From assembly GCA_951406725.2 (NCBI GenBank), contig OX597832.1:20832001-20896000 (forward strand): a DNA stretch of 64,000 nt, read 5' to 3'. This DNA comes from Octopus vulgaris (taxonomy: Eukaryota). This document shows positions 42,394-59,091 of the stretch, piece by piece. Position numbers and translations under genes: made by a program. How positions within the stretch are numbered: position 1 is the first letter of the stretch; each line of letters begins with the position of its first letter. The notes beneath the pieces are model-generated. The model searched no databases. It was not told where the DNA came from and worked only from the letters and a program-made list of their open reading frames with translations.

Positions 42394-42689
42394 ATGTGTG
42401 TGTACATCTACAACTCTCATAGATATACTAAAAGCTATTCTTCAAAAACTGAAAATTAACTCGAGAAATCAACAATAATAAAAATACCTATAGTAAAGGA
42501 ATTAGTTAAGCAGCAGAGACTTTAAAAAAAAAAGAATATAATCATGCTATATACCACAAGTAAATTACTTACCCATTCATACACGCGAACACTCATGCGC
42601 ATTCGTGCAATTATATACGCCAATGCATACATACATACATACATACATACATACGTACATACATACGTACGTACGTATATAGGTATAGT

Positions 42690-42731
<42 letters not shown>

Positions 42732-42904
42732 GTATATATATCTACATCTATGCCTGGAAACACGTGTATGTGCATATAGGTTTATTTATGGGATATATAT
42801 ATATATATATATATCGATGGATGGATGGATAGATGGATAGATATATAGATAGATAGATGTATATATATATATCTATATCTATGTCTGTAATCATCAGTGT
42901 ATTT

Positions 42905-42957
<53 letters not shown>

Positions 42958-42972
42958 TTATATATATGTATA

Positions 42973-43029
<57 letters not shown>

Positions 43030-43479
43030 TTACATATATATATATATATGTATGTTATGTATATGTATGTATATATCTGTATATATATATATATTTCTGC
43101 ATGCATAGTCATGTATACTGGTAAATGAAATGAAGGAGAAGGTGTAACTATATTACAGCCAACTCCAAATCAACAGGGAGGGCTAATTAAGTGAAATCTG
43201 TCTAGACGGCTAATTCCTCCGTCGAAAACAGCTCTTCGCTTCTTCTTCTTCTTCTCAATCCCGTCTACTTCCAATCTCATCAATGTCTAATGAACCAATG
43301 ACGCCAATGTAATTTACTTCTTTATTCTATAGAAAGCCTTATTTAAGCACCAGCTAAGCGGAACACTCACAATATTCGTACACATCAACAGTGCTCTCGT
43401 ATGCGTCGGTCTAAATGAAGAGAGGTCGTATATGTAGATATATGCGTGTGTGCGTGCGTGTGTACATATATACACACAA

Positions 43480-43521
<42 letters not shown>

Positions 43522-44276
43522 ATGTATATGCATATGTTTGTGTTTTTCTTCATGTATAGAGACGTACATACATCTATACATGGACACACGTATGTATGTA
43601 AGTTCATATATGCGTCTGTGTGTCCCGTTATTAATGCCCAATTGGGTACACAGATATGTACAAGGAAATAGGCATAGACATATATATATATATATACTCG
43701 CATACATAGACACACACACACACATATATATATATATACATGTATATATAGTGAGAGATTTATACGCATATATGTCTGTGTGTACTTGTGATTAAGCATA
43801 TGACAGTGTTCGTGTGTGTATATACATACATATATACACGTATACCTACATATATATATATATGTAAGTATGTATATACACCCACACACAGACACACATA
43901 ACCACCACACACACACACACACACACACAAATACACATACACGTTTGTTTATACATGATCATATGTTATACATCTGTACAGGAGTATATGCAAAAATACA
44001 AGAAGACGTTTCTTTATACGTAAGAATGCTAATGGGTGTAAGTGTGAGTATACTAGTGCATTTGGGTGTATATATGTGATTGTGTGTAGATATGTATTCT
44101 ACATAATTATTACCACTTACTATAGCCACAATTCTGGCTTCCATGGAACCAGTATTTTGGAAACTTTTTCCATTTTTCATTATATAGGAGTTTTATGATT
44201 TACTTCCGCTGTAGAATAAACAGAAAGAGAAGTGATATATATAGGTATGTGTGTGCATGTGCTTGCATATAAATAC

Positions 44277-44312
<36 letters not shown>

Positions 44313-44325
44313 TTATATGTGTGCA

Positions 44326-44401
<76 letters not shown>

Positions 44402-44414
44402 AATAGATGGATAA

Positions 44415-44447
<33 letters not shown>

Positions 44448-44522
44448 CTGATTAATTGGTTGATAGCTAGCTAGATAATTATAGATATATACGTAAATAT
44501 ATATATATATATATTATATATG

Positions 44523-44589
<67 letters not shown>

Positions 44590-44646
44590 GCATACAATTT
44601 TATGTATTCACTTCCTCATATACTTATACACACTTTCTGTGTGTGA

Positions 44647-44706
<60 letters not shown>

Positions 44707-45195
44707 ATGTGTGTATGTATGTATATATGTACGTATGTATATATGTATGTATGTATATACCCATGTATGTATGCCTGTATGTATGTATAATTTTAAAGTT
44801 TTTTTTTTGGTGGGGGAGATTTACATTTTATTTCTGTTTTATATAATTTATATCTCCACCCCACCTCACCCATATCCACACCTTTTTTTCCCCCTTCTGT
44901 GCGTTCAAGAAAACTTTCACATCAATTTTGGCTGTCTTAAATATCCAGGCTGTACGCTAGAAAATTCCTCATTCGTCAATAGGAGAACCTTTTTAGACCT
45001 GAGGCGCTTCCTGAGCAGGTCTTCGTAGCAAATCACTCAGGAAAGAGTGTGAATCTTCTGTATGTATATGCGGTATATGCCTATACTCATACATATACAC
45101 ATGATCATACTTGCAAATATATACACATGTACATACACACACACACACACACACACACGTATGTATGTTTGTATATATGTATATATGCGTGTGCT

Positions 45196-45233
<38 letters not shown>

Positions 45234-45257
45234 TGTATGTATGTGTGTGTATGTATG

Positions 45258-45293
<36 letters not shown>

Positions 45294-45926
45294 GGTTTAT
45301 ATGATGCACTGCCACCACTGCCAACACCATAGCCTCTACCACAGCCACCATAGCACCGAACTGATTCGAATTGTTCCATGAATGTTCCTTGAAAACGGAG
45401 AGCTTCGGAGGCAAAATGTGCTAATTTCCGGTCATCTCGTTGTAACAATGCTGCGAAAATTTCAGGACAATCGCTGAATGGAGAGTTATAAGGCAAAATG
45501 TACACTCTCTGAAGGAGCGTGAGATACACGGATGAGAAAGGCAGAGTGAGATTCAGGGAGAAAGAGAGAGAGAAAGCGAGAGAGAGAGAGAGAGAGAGAC
45601 AAACAGACAGATAGTCAGACAGAAAGAAAGTTATGGAGTGGTGAAGTGCAGAGTAAGTGGGAATGATGGGTGAAAATCTAGAGAGAAATAAGATGGCGTC
45701 GAAAAGAAACGTTGGTTGACGAAGAGAGAAAGGTAGTGAATAATGTTATTCAGGAAATAAGAGAGAGATAGGAGAGTAGAGGGGGAAAGACGCGGGGGCA
45801 TACTGGAATAAGGAGTGAGACAGAGAATGAGTGAGAGTTAGAGTTACTCAGAGAGAAGGGGAGAGATAGAGATTTTAAACGATCAGATATGGACGCACAG
45901 CGACTATATATGTTAGTATGTGCGTT

Positions 45927-45976
<50 letters not shown>

Positions 45977-46020
45977 CAGTTAGTTAAATATGTAGAAAGA
46001 TAGGCAGGGAGATAAGTAGT

Positions 46021-46365
<345 letters not shown>

Positions 46366-46864
46366 GTGCGGAGTGAGAAAGAGAGAGAATGATTTGGAGA
46401 GGAAGATGTGAATGAGTTAGAAGGAGTGACTCGCAGGAAGAGATAGAAGACGGACGATGTGGGAATTGGTAAATAGAGGGTGTTGAGAGGTAGGAAAGAT
46501 ATTGGAGTTTCGGTATAAAACTGGAGTCGTCGGCAAATGTGTGGCTGGATGGGCATGAGGAAACGGTTAAGCTCTAAGACGAAGCGAAGAATAGGAAATC
46601 ATTAAAAAACCAAATCTATGAGGGAAGTGTACGGACAAGAATGACAATAGGACGGCGTGAGAGGAAGAATTGAGAATAATACGCGAAGGCTAAAATTAGC
46701 GGAGAAAATGGGGAAAAAAATATTACAAAACAATCATACACACAACTGCTTCCTTATAAATACATACATACAAACATAGAAACACATATATGCATATACA
46801 TAGAATGTACGTGTCTATATATGTGTGTATATAAATATATATGTATGTATACATATATATATAT

Positions 46865-46899
<35 letters not shown>

Positions 46900-47071
46900 C
46901 ATACCATATATATATATATATACATGTGTATTTGTATGTGTTTCGTATATGTATGCACATATATACACACAAGCAAATATATATATATATATATACATAC
47001 ATATATATATATACATATATACATATATACATATATATATATATATACATATATATATACATACATGTATA

Positions 47072-47121
<50 letters not shown>

Positions 47122-47346
47122 TAAATATATATATATGTATGCGTAAATAAGTTTACAAAATTACAAATACAACGTAAATGTGCAGGCTAAAGAAAAGCCA
47201 AAAAGGAAAACAGAAAACACAACACAAACAAAAGACCACATGCATGAATGACACTCAATCAAACTTAATATACACACACTTGGACAAACGCATGCAAAGG
47301 CCTAAAAACGAAGTTGCATACAAGCATGCAAACTCAGGAGGAATAC

Positions 47347-47419
<73 letters not shown>

Positions 47420-47438
47420 TATGTATGTACTCACAAGC

Positions 47439-47478
<40 letters not shown>

Positions 47479-47613
47479 GTATATATCCATATGTGTACAC
47501 ACTTTCATGCGTATATGAACGTTGTTTTTAACATTAGGTATACAGTGTAAGCATATATTATGAAATAACTACGTGTATACACACTTCCAGACACACATAT
47601 CTAAGTGTACTTG

Positions 47614-47655
<42 letters not shown>

Positions 47656-47691
47656 CGTTTGTGTGTGTGTGTGTGTTCGTGTGTGAGTGCG

Positions 47692-47749
<58 letters not shown>

Positions 47750-48976
47750 CATATATATATACTTATATATGTGTGCAAATGCATATACAGACAGTTATAC
47801 ACACACATATGTATTTTTGTATATTTTATATATATGTATATATACATACATGCATACATACATACATATATGCATACATACGTGTATACAGGCATACATA
47901 CATACATACATACATACATACATACACACATGCATACATACATACATACATACATACAAACATACATACATGCACACATACATACATACATACATGCACA
48001 CATACATACATAGATACATACATACATACATACATACATACATACATGCACACATACATACATACATACATGCACACATACATACATACATACATACATA
48101 CATACATACATACATACATACATACATACATACATACATACATACATACATACATACATACATTGCATCGCCGTCAGTGAATCTGAATCGAAACAGCATC
48201 ACCTAAAACTACTGACACAACAACAACAACACAAAACAGTCTAGATGATTTTGTGTTGTTGTTAAATGAAGACCACAAGCCGTGCCGGCCCCAACGATAA
48301 ACACACGCTAAAGACGGTTACGCCTGCGCAGTGAAGACGACGATGGCGGCAAACACAACAGCACAACGGTTCCATCATAGTGTCAATTATACACGGAATT
48401 GTCCTCGTTAATGTTGTCCTTGTTAAAACCACTGTGAGCCTATCATCAGTTGAATAGAGCACTCTACATTATCACCGGTGTCGCCGCCACTGACGTCAGT
48501 CATCACCACTGATATCTCCAAGACCCCACCGACGTCATCAAAACAGCCACTGCAGATCTTCGCCATTGATTATTTTTTTAAATACACCACCATTTCTTCT
48601 GTTTCCCATCGCCACCCTCTATTCATCCAACATTTTACCCACACCATTAGCCATCCACCTGGTACCACCCACATATATTGACCGCCAAATTATCCCAATA
48701 ATTGTCTTGTCCATAATATCCACCAACATCATCCCCGCAATTCGTTATTTCTGTTTACCTATAGATTTGCCTGTCCTGTCTGTCTATCCGTTATTGCTTG
48801 TATGTATGAACATATGTATGTATGCATGTATGTATGTATGTATGTACTTGCGTACGTATGTACGTATGTATGTATGTATGTATATATGTATGTATGTATG
48901 TATGAATGTATGTATGTAACTCTGTCTCACTAACTATCAAGCAATCAATCAATCAATTAATCTATCTATTTATATG

Positions 48977-49054
<78 letters not shown>

Positions 49055-49182
49055 CATCTATCTATCTATCTATCTATCTATCTGCCTATACATATATATC
49101 TTTCTTATTAAACTGGCGATGCTCCAGTATTGCCACAACCTTTGGGCTGGAACATGTAGTAAGAATAAGGAATAAAAGAAAT

Positions 49183-49245
<63 letters not shown>

Positions 49246-51509
49246 TACATGTGTGTGTATGTCTGTCTTATATATATATATATATATATATATATTATGC
49301 ACACACGCACATTTTCACAGACATGTCTTGCGTTCTGTCTTTATAATTGCCTGTTTATTTTCTAATATTTATCGAAGACACAATCCAATTATTTATATAT
49401 ATATATATACATTTATATATATATATATATATATATATAAGTGGAGTGGGGTGAGTGTTTGTGTATGTGTGTGACTGTGTGTGACTCTTCTTGTTTGTGT
49501 CTATGGGTGAATACACACACACACACACATATAAACCTGCACAGCAAGATATACATAGATAGGGACTAAGAAAATTAATGCTATATATATGTCTCTACAT
49601 ATCATAAAGATAATAAGAATACCTTAATATTCTATTATTTCATTAGTAGATCATGATAATATTACAGTTGATTTGATCGGAATTCTACTACATAGGATAA
49701 CAATAGATCTCTCTTCCCCCACTTTCTCCCCCTCCTCCTCTCTCTCTCTCTATCTCTTAATCTTTTTTACATCTCATTTTTACTAATACCAAATTGTAAT
49801 GGCTTCCGTATCACATATGGATAATAATTTTTTTCTGAATCAACTATTAAATATCATCACTACCGATGTACTTTCTCCTTATCACTCCTAGATCCATTTC
49901 TTGAATATCTGTTCTGCTACCTGCCGGTAAGGACAGCAGAGCTGAGAGAAAGATTTCCCTTATAATAAGAATCGAACCTATTATCTTACATTTACATATT
50001 TCCCTCGATATTTTCAATGAAAATATAGTTACAGCTAGATTCGTGTAAATAGTTATTCAATGCTAATACTTTTGTACAAAACGAACTACTAAAATGGGGC
50101 TTTATTCTATGGCTTTCTCGATAAATCACAATTTTTTTCATCGTATTAACTTGAGAGTGATAACGATGTTGATTGTATCCACCCAGATTATTCTAGGAAA
50201 TCAGGTAGGTACGTATTGATTTACATTTTGCTGAAAAGGTTACATAAGCGCGAAACAAATGCAGAGGAATCACCGTAAGCGGTCCTCTCATGCTTGAGCC
50301 AACAGAACATTTTGTATATAACGGAGGGCTAAACGGAGGGTTCCTGCATCTGGTAGATGACTGGTACTCATTCTAAATGAGTAAACAAGGTCAATTTGCA
50401 AATACGAGCATTACTCAAGTACCACCATCGCTTGGTCCAGAACGAAACAAATCATTATTTCCATTGCTTTTCTCCGTTTAATTTTATACCAATTCGTGGC
50501 AGCCAGCTGGGTGAACCATTAGCACTCCCTCATAAAATGCTCATTACAAGCTTAAACAACATATATGAGTTGCTAAACGCAGGACAGCAGCCATCTTAAA
50601 TAATTTGCGTTCGAATCTCGTCCAAGTCAACTTTGCTTTTCTTGCTGTCACGTTCGATAAAAAAAAGTTACTACTCAAATACTGTGATCTATGCAAGCGA
50701 GTTACCCGCTCCTTTCAAACTACTAACCATGTGCCAATATTAGAAAGATTTTTAATCCAATGAGAATTTCGGATTTACCCCGCTTGCTAACCACGTCAAA
50801 ATTTTTTACTAACGCTGTGTTTCTTCTAGTCATTATGATTGTAATTTCAATAATATACACAATATTTTGGCGTAAATGCATTTAAATATCATACCCTTTA
50901 ATTAATTGTTGTTAATGCAGAAGGCCCACACAGGAAGTACCCTAATTAATACAAGACAGAAAGCCGAATGGATTTCACGTTGAATAACATGTTTATTGAT
51001 CCTAAATTCAAACTTACCGGATGCGATTCTATGGGCAGACGTATCATTATACAGTATCTCCTATCATTTTATGCTATATAAATAATCAACAAATATTCTG
51101 ATAATAATATTTAATGGGAACACATTACCTCTATCTCATTGGCTACTACGATATTCAATAGCATATACGCGCAGGTACAACACATTTGATGTGCATTTCA
51201 TGAATACCTTGATATTCTCAAGAAGATACTTGAAACAAATAGTAATGCATAATAGGATGATCATACTTCGAATGTTTCCGATTATAAATCTGCGATAACG
51301 TATTTCACATGGGGTTAGCTACAACATGCAAACAATTGCATTTATGTATTTCTGTTACCATGTTTATTCAGATCGAAGTTGTGATTGTTGTCCTTGCACA
51401 TACTACTATTGTTGGTTTTGTTGTTTAGCCTAATTCTTTAAAATGTATTACAAAATCTATCGAAGAAAAGTCTGTCATCAACACAGACACACATATATAT
51501 ATATACTTT

Positions 51510-51641
51510 AAATTTACAGAAAACAAAAGACGGGGATGAAGCGAGAGAACAACAAAGAGGTGTGTTAGTTTGACGCTCGGGAAGAATGGAAAAGACTTTG
51601 ACGTTTCGAGCTTACGCACCTCGAGAGAAAGGATTTGGAGG

Positions 51642-51645
<4 letters not shown>
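51510..51645 (-). mobile_element. Diverged hammerhead-bearing element (subfamily 2-like) between TA runs
   Basis: Minus strand 51631-51596 reads CTTT-CTCTCGA-G-GTGC-GTAA-GCTC-GAAAC-GTC-AAAG. Its flanks resemble 25245-25453. Confidence 0.6.
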
Positions 51646-51740
<95 letters not shown>

Positions 51741-51919
51741 GTGTATGTTTGTGTGTGTTTTCTGCAATTATGTGGTAAGGGGTACCGATTTTACACTTCT
51801 GTAAATAATAATAGTCAGAAAAAGAAGAAGAAGAAGAAGAAGAAGAAGAAGAAGAAGAAGAAGAAGAAGAAGAAGAAGAAGAAGAAGAAGAAGAAGAAGA
51901 AGAAGAAGAAGAAGAAGAC

Positions 51920-52165
51920 GTTGATAAACATGGAGACCTGAGGATTGAGATTGCTGTGGTGTAGCAGCCACGAGAGTTAAACATTAAGGTTATCTCTATT
52001 GTTATCAAAGCATTGGATTCAATACCACCCAATCTAAACAAAAATGTCGGAAAACTTTAGAAATACTCTATAATCTAGGTGTATTGAAAAAGTTAAAAGT
52101 GCACGCATATTGCCCAAAGTACTGCCACTCTGAGGTCCTTATTGTGACTTGACAAACCGTACAAA
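51920..52165 (+). mobile_element. Decayed 3' end of an R4/Dong-type (RLE) LINE
   Basis: Translates, with shifts, as DKHGDLRIEIA..IKVISIVIKALDSIPPNL..LEILYNLGVLKK..ARILPKVL. This parallels the C-terminus of ORF 53377-53724. Confidence 0.65.
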
Positions 52166-52227
52166 TCCACGGTAGACACAATATATTCCAATCAACAACC
52201 TCACGATATTCTATACTGTGCGATGTC

Positions 52228-52289
<62 letters not shown>

Positions 52290-52498
52290 AATAATAATAT
52301 TAATAATAATAATAATGATAATAATAATAATAATAATATTAATAATAATAATAATAATAATAAAACAATAATAATAATAATAATAATAATAATATTGATG
52401 ATGATGATGATAATAATATTAATAATAATAATAATGATAATAATAATAATAATAATAATATTAATAATAATGAAAATATTAATAATAATAATAATAAT

Positions 52499-52557
<59 letters not shown>

Positions 52558-52558
<1 letters not shown>

Positions 52559-53897
52559 TGGAATATAATTTGAACTGGAATATGAGTGAAGTAAAGAATA
52601 TAGATAGAAAAATACGCAAGCTGCTGAGTTGTGATAGGATGCACCACCCAAAGGCAGACGTAGATCGCCTTTACCTTCCCAGAGCCCAAGGAGGTCGAGG
52701 CCTGATCCAATTTGAACTAGCTTACAAAACAACCACAATTGGACTGGCCAAATATCTCGAAATATCGAATGACTGGATTGCTAAAGCTCGTGGAAAATCA
52801 CGAGAGACGAAAGAAGCTTCATTCTATCATCAAGGAAAGCAAAAAATTTGCTATTGATCTCGTGCAGGATACCCAAACTGAACAACCCGAGGGAAGTACG
52901 GCAACTATTGTTGCAAAGAAGGTGAAAATGATGGCAATGAAAAAAGCGCACGAGCAATTGGCTGATAGGTGGGAGGAGAAACCTCTACACGGCAAATATG
53001 TGACCCGCAGCAAACAAGCTGATGTTGACCAGAAGCAAACCCATCAGTGGCTGCGGAGCTCAGGGTTAAAAGCAGAGAGCGAAGGTTTCATCCTGGCTGC
53101 TCAAGACCAAAGCCTATCAACCCGGAACTACCAGGCCAATGTGATGAAAAATGGAGCAGACCCAAAATGCCGATTCTGCAACGACATGATTGAAACAGTG
53201 GACCACCTAATCTCTGGATGTAAAGTCTTAGCACCAGTGGAGTATAAATTAAGACATGACAGAGTTGGCCAATATCTCCACTGGCTAATAAGTCGGCATT
53301 ACAATATCAAAACTGCCGACAAGTGGTATAATCACCACCCTGAGGCTGTAACTGAAGGAGAAAATGTAACCATTCTGTGGGACTTTCCAGTACATACAGA
53401 CCGAACCATCAACCAGATATTGTTGTGAAAGACCAAAACAATAAAGTTTGCTTATTGATCGACATGAGCATCCCCTGTGATCATAATATCTCAGCGAAAG
53501 AGTTTGACAAGCTCAGAAAATATAAAAACCTACTCATTGAAATTGAGAAAATGTGGCATCTCAAGGCGGTTACAATACCAGTGATCGTAGGAGCACTAGG
53601 AATGATCAAGAAGGGAACCGAAAATTATATGAGAATGATCCCTGGCTTACCATCCCTGCAAGAAGTGCAAAAGATTGTCTTAACTGGTACATCACACGTA
53701 TTGAGAAGAGCATTGTCGATGTGAGAACTGTTGCTGGTCATGTATTTTAATTTAACTTTAAAAAAAAAAAAAAAGAATGAACGAACTACTGAGTTTGGTT
53801 TAATGGCCTACCAATATACACTATGAGTTTCTTTGCCCTAGGAGTCGGGAAGACACTCGGCAAGAAATGGAAGAAAGTTTGAAAGAAGAAAAAAAAA
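52558..53897 (+). mobile_element. 5'-truncated R4/Dong-clade non-LTR retrotransposon (post-RT region, CCHC knuckle, restriction-like endonuclease, 3' UTR) with two frameshifts, inserted in (TAA)n
   Basis: Motifs HPKADVDRLYLPRAQGGRGL, LHGKY, AAQDQ, CRFC..ETVDHLISGC, RHD, WDFPVHTD, PDIV..LIDMSIP..K..KY and VIVGALG are spread across ORFs 52570-52857, 52739-53428 and 53377-53724. Frameshifts fall near 52778 and 53410. An A-rich tail and (TAA)n on both sides are present. Confidence 0.92.
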
Positions 53898-54035
53898 AGT
53901 AATAATAATAATAAAATAATAATAATAATATTATTAATAATAATAATGATAATAATAATAATAATAATAATAATATTAATAATAATAATAATAATAATCA
54001 TAATAATAATGATAATAATAATAATAATAATAATA

Positions 54036-54067
<32 letters not shown>

Positions 54068-54529
54068 AAAGCGTTGACGATGGTGAATAGTCTAATATTG
54101 TGATATATATATTTGAGTGCTTATGTGTATTATGCGCATATAGATATATATATATATATATATGTCCATGGCATATATACATTTTCCGCGTAGTTCTAAT
54201 ACTATAGCCATGTGCATGTGTAAGATTTTATGAAACCATATAATTTTTAAAGATGGAGTTACATGTATTTACGTTTGCATTCATTTCAGGTTTATTGTAG
54301 CAAAACTACGTATTTTCTATCCTATGACAGAGAGTCTGATAATATTTCTATCCATGTTGCTTAGTTTTAATATTCTTCCATCCGTTTTTCTAAGTGTGTT
54401 CACGTGCATGGTGGTGGTTAGGGAGGAATTTAATGTGGACCCTTTCGAATTTTAATATGAAGCGAGTCAATTTTTCTGTTATTGTCGCTCTAATCATCAC
54501 CATCATCATCATCGCCATCGTCACATCAT

Positions 54530-54918
<389 letters not shown>

Positions 54919-55141
54919 GCCATCGTTATACAGTGCTTAATGTGTTCCACTTCAAAAGAAATAAGGCGAAATATTTGTGACTAGCAACGTCTTCCATCTT
55001 TTTATTTGTTTCTCGCTCTCTCTCTCTCTCTCTCTCTCGGTTTCTCTCTCTCGGTTTCTCTCTCTCTGTTTCTCTATACATCTCTTTCTCCACACTCAAA
55101 TACACACATATGTATCTGCATGATGTATGATGTACACACAA

Positions 55142-55172
<31 letters not shown>

Positions 55173-55325
55173 CATATATATTATATATACATACATTATA
55201 TATATACATATATTTTATTATATATATATACATATGTATTTATACACGTGTATAAATATATATATAAACACATATATATGTATATATATATATATATATA
55301 CATACATACATACATATATATATAT

Positions 55326-55368
<43 letters not shown>

Positions 55369-55699
55369 CATACATATATATATATGTGTATGTATATAAA
55401 TACATGCATATATGTATATATATATATACTCACGCAATTGCACTCACATACACAAAGTACATCCATATATTCAAGATTTTTAAAATGTCTTCTGTTTTAA
55501 GTATTTTTTATAACATTGATTTTCCATTCATATTTCATGTTTTATAGTTTTCGTGTCATAATTTTCTAATTTCCTCCTTCAAAAGAAAATGTGATCCCCA
55601 AACAAGATGGAGTGTATAAGCGAATATAAGCTATGAAGATTCATGTTCCACTGTTCAGTCTGATTATTCCGGTGATTCTGATTATTATTATTGTTGTTT

Positions 55700-55761
<62 letters not shown>

Positions 55762-55781
55762 ATTATTATTATTATTATAAA

Positions 55782-55961
55782 GGCGGTGAGCTGGTAAAAT
55801 CGTTGACGTGCCGGACGGAATGCGTAGCGGTTCTTCGCCCGTCGCTACGCACTGGGTTCAAATTCCGCCGAGGTCGACTTTGCCTTTCATCTTTTGGGGG
55901 CTGATAAAAATAGTACCTGTTGAAAACCGAAATTGTTGCCCTTGTAGCAAAATTTGAAACC
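55782..55961 (+). mobile_element. SINE family B (tRNA-like head, Deu/Nin-domain-like core)
   Basis: GGCGGTGAGCTGG head and GGTTCAAATTCC B box. The core GTCGACTTTGCCTTTCATC..GATAAAA..GTACC resembles the Deu/Nin SINE domain; the domain assignment is from recollection. Confidence 0.8.
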
Positions 55962-55974
55962 ATTATTATTATTA

Positions 55975-56018
<44 letters not shown>

Positions 56019-56238
56019 GCCTTTGCACATCTAACGCTTGAGATGTGTTACGGTTTCAGCTGTTCATTACCAGTGAACTAAGTAAGGTAACACCTCTTAT
56101 TTTTCGAGCACCTTCTGGATATTCGAGCGGTTCCAAACAGTGCAGTTTTCTGCAAGTGCTCCACCCTTATTGCAGCCCCTATTTGTTCCACATGCTTCTC
56201 GAGATTTTTGCTCACAGTTCCCAGGGCTCCGATTATTA
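56019..56238 (-). mobile_element. 3' end of another R4/Dong-type LINE ending in (TAA)n
   Basis: Minus-strand translation IGALGTVSKNLEKHVEQIGAAIRVEHLQKTALFGTARI, then a short UTR, then (TAA)n. Confidence 0.8.
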
Positions 56239-56261
56239 ATGATACTACTACTACTACTGCA

Positions 56262-56820
56262 TGTGCCTAGAATCAGTCTATCAGTATCGCATTTGGGGTG
56301 TAGTTCTAACTGTCATCACTTTTCTAGATTTCCTGTCCATTCCTTAGCTCGTTCTTTATCCACCCAACAAGACTTGCACCGTATCGCATTACGGAAACAT
56401 CCAATGTGTTCATTGCCCTGACTTTGCTTTTTTCCATTGAGTATACTTCCCATAATTCACTTGGTTTTTCTGAGCTAAATCCTTCTTTCATTTCACTTGA
56501 TTTTGTCATATACTAAAATCCCAAAATATTTTATATCCATTCGTCTCAATATCCTTGATTTTCTCGCCATTGTGTAACTCTAGACCATCAGACGACATTA
56601 TTTTCCTTACCACACGATGTAGTCCCAAATTCCATTCCTATATTCTTACTGAATATCTGCTCTGTTGAAACTAGGCTATTTATTTCACGTTCAGTCTTCC
56701 CAAAGATCTTTAAATCATCCACAGATGATTCAATTTTCTTCCACTTTTCAAGGTGTACCCCGATGTCACTTTCCATGGTATCTGTGTGAGGGGCATCCTA
56801 CAGATTACAAAAGCAATGGT
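56262..56820 (-). mobile_element. Decayed reverse-transcriptase fragment of an R4/Dong-type LINE
   Basis: VDDLKIFGKTEREINSLVSTEQIFSKNIGMEFG..CG (YMDD region), KVRAMNT..VSVMRYGA..W and ELHPKCDTDRL. Confidence 0.8.
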
Positions 56821-57313
56821 TAACATCAAGAGAGGCATATTTCAAGAAGTACAAGTTCAAATGCATTCTTTGCGTTAAGGTGATCCGTAGCTGTTCATTT
56901 TGCTGTCGATTATCGATCGTCTCAGAGAATTCACTGACAAAGTCACTGTTGGTTATTTAAGCAAACGTAGCTTGTGTTTGAATTAAATTCTAGAGACAAA
57001 CTTTAGCAAAACCTTAATGTTGGTTCACGATCAAGAGGCTTTCAACACGCTGGACACCAATCGGAAATAATCGAGGCTTCGTGCTAACTTCCTGCTTCAC
57101 TTCATTGGTCTTACTGAGCCTGAATGAACTAAGTTTCTATAAGAAGCCTGTAAAATTTGAAGTCGCCAGGAACCGAATCACATGACTTTAAATAACTATC
57201 CATACGAACACACATACACACACACGTATATTTGTGTGTGCGTGTATATGTATATATATATAAATATGTATATTTATATAAAAGTATATTTATATATATA
57301 CATACATACACAC

Positions 57314-57407
<94 letters not shown>

Positions 57408-57904
57408 TTATATAGATGTATATATATACATCATGTGATATTACAGTTGAACGCTACAATGAAATGAATGTCCTTTTTTACATTCCAAATCTCTTTCCCC
57501 TCATCCTCACACCCTCTCACACACAGATATTATATATTATATTTATATACATACGATATATGGTATACGGATATACACACGTATTCATATATGTGCCTTT
57601 ATACATGTGTGTGTACGCATGCATCTGTATGTAACTTATCATACATAATTTCTGTTCTTTCTTTTTTTTTGTATTTTGTTTGTGTGCTTGCTTCTGCTTA
57701 TGAATCCATATTTCTGCTCAGCTGAATGTAGAAAAATTTCATAATTTAAATAAAATACCGACTCTTTCGACATGCTTGCGTTGGTATAGGATACGAAGCA
57801 TTAATAATAGAAAAATAACAACATACATTATTGCTGTTTATTACTAGGATAATTATTATTGTTATTGTTATTATTATATTATTATAATTTCTATTATTTT
57901 TACA

Positions 57905-57991
<87 letters not shown>

Positions 57992-58093
57992 TATTATTAT
58001 TATTATCACCATCATGTAAATTTATTTATGCATTTTATTATATGGTTATCTTCAAAAAACAATTATTTTACGTATCATTGTTATTATTATCAT

Positions 58094-58154
<61 letters not shown>

Positions 58155-58254
58155 GTTATTATTATTATTATTAATTTAAGTAGAAGCAGGAGTAGAAATT
58201 ATATTAGTATTGCTGTCTTTTTTATTGTCCCTGTTGATATCATATGCGTATATA

Positions 58255-58302
<48 letters not shown>

Positions 58303-59091
58303 TTACACATTTATACATACACATTAATATATATGTAAGTTTATTGAGTTATTTTATTTTATTTTATTTTTTGTTTTAACCTATGAAATTTCCGCTGCAG
58401 TATGTATGTAGATAATGTACATACATTAAAAATCTCTCTGTTTTATTTTTATGATATATTTTTGAATCTCTGATGTTCCTGTTTTTATACGTATTTAATT
58501 TATTTTTCTATTGTCATAGAATATCTTCTATAAAAATTGATATTCTGCCAAGGATTGTGCACATTTCTGTATAAGTACAACATTGCCGAAGTTGTTTTTG
58601 TTATGTATGAACAACACAATATATTAGTGGTGAGACGTTTGGGCGAATGCGCTGTTACCAATTAGCTATCACGGGTCCCAAATCTACACTGGTCCAAGAT
58701 GTTAATATCTCTCAAGATCCCCAGTTGTGGGTCAAATAGCAGAAGATATGTCTACTAGACCAGGTATACTGCAGTCACCGGACGGTTGATACATATTCAG
58801 GTGTGACACAATATATTAATGTAAATAGAACTTGACTCCAGGTGAAATGCTCCACATTTCATACGGTTTAAATTGGCTCTGTTAAGCCCAGAAATGTCAT
58901 AAAACCCTTGTCGTCGCAACCGACGGAGTACCACGAGATATATATATATATATGACAGGCTTCTTTAATTTTCCGTCTACGAAATCTATTCACAAGGCTT
59001 TGCTCGGACCGACGCTATAGTAGAAGACACTTGACAATTCCAAAGGGCTCAATTTTTTTTTTTAGAGATTAGATTAAATTATTAATTTGAA

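Noticed and set aside
52570-53724. Three overlapping ORFs as a host gene or a programmed frameshift
   Set aside because: They are consecutive pieces of one retrotransposon ORF broken by small indels in a 5'-truncated copy.
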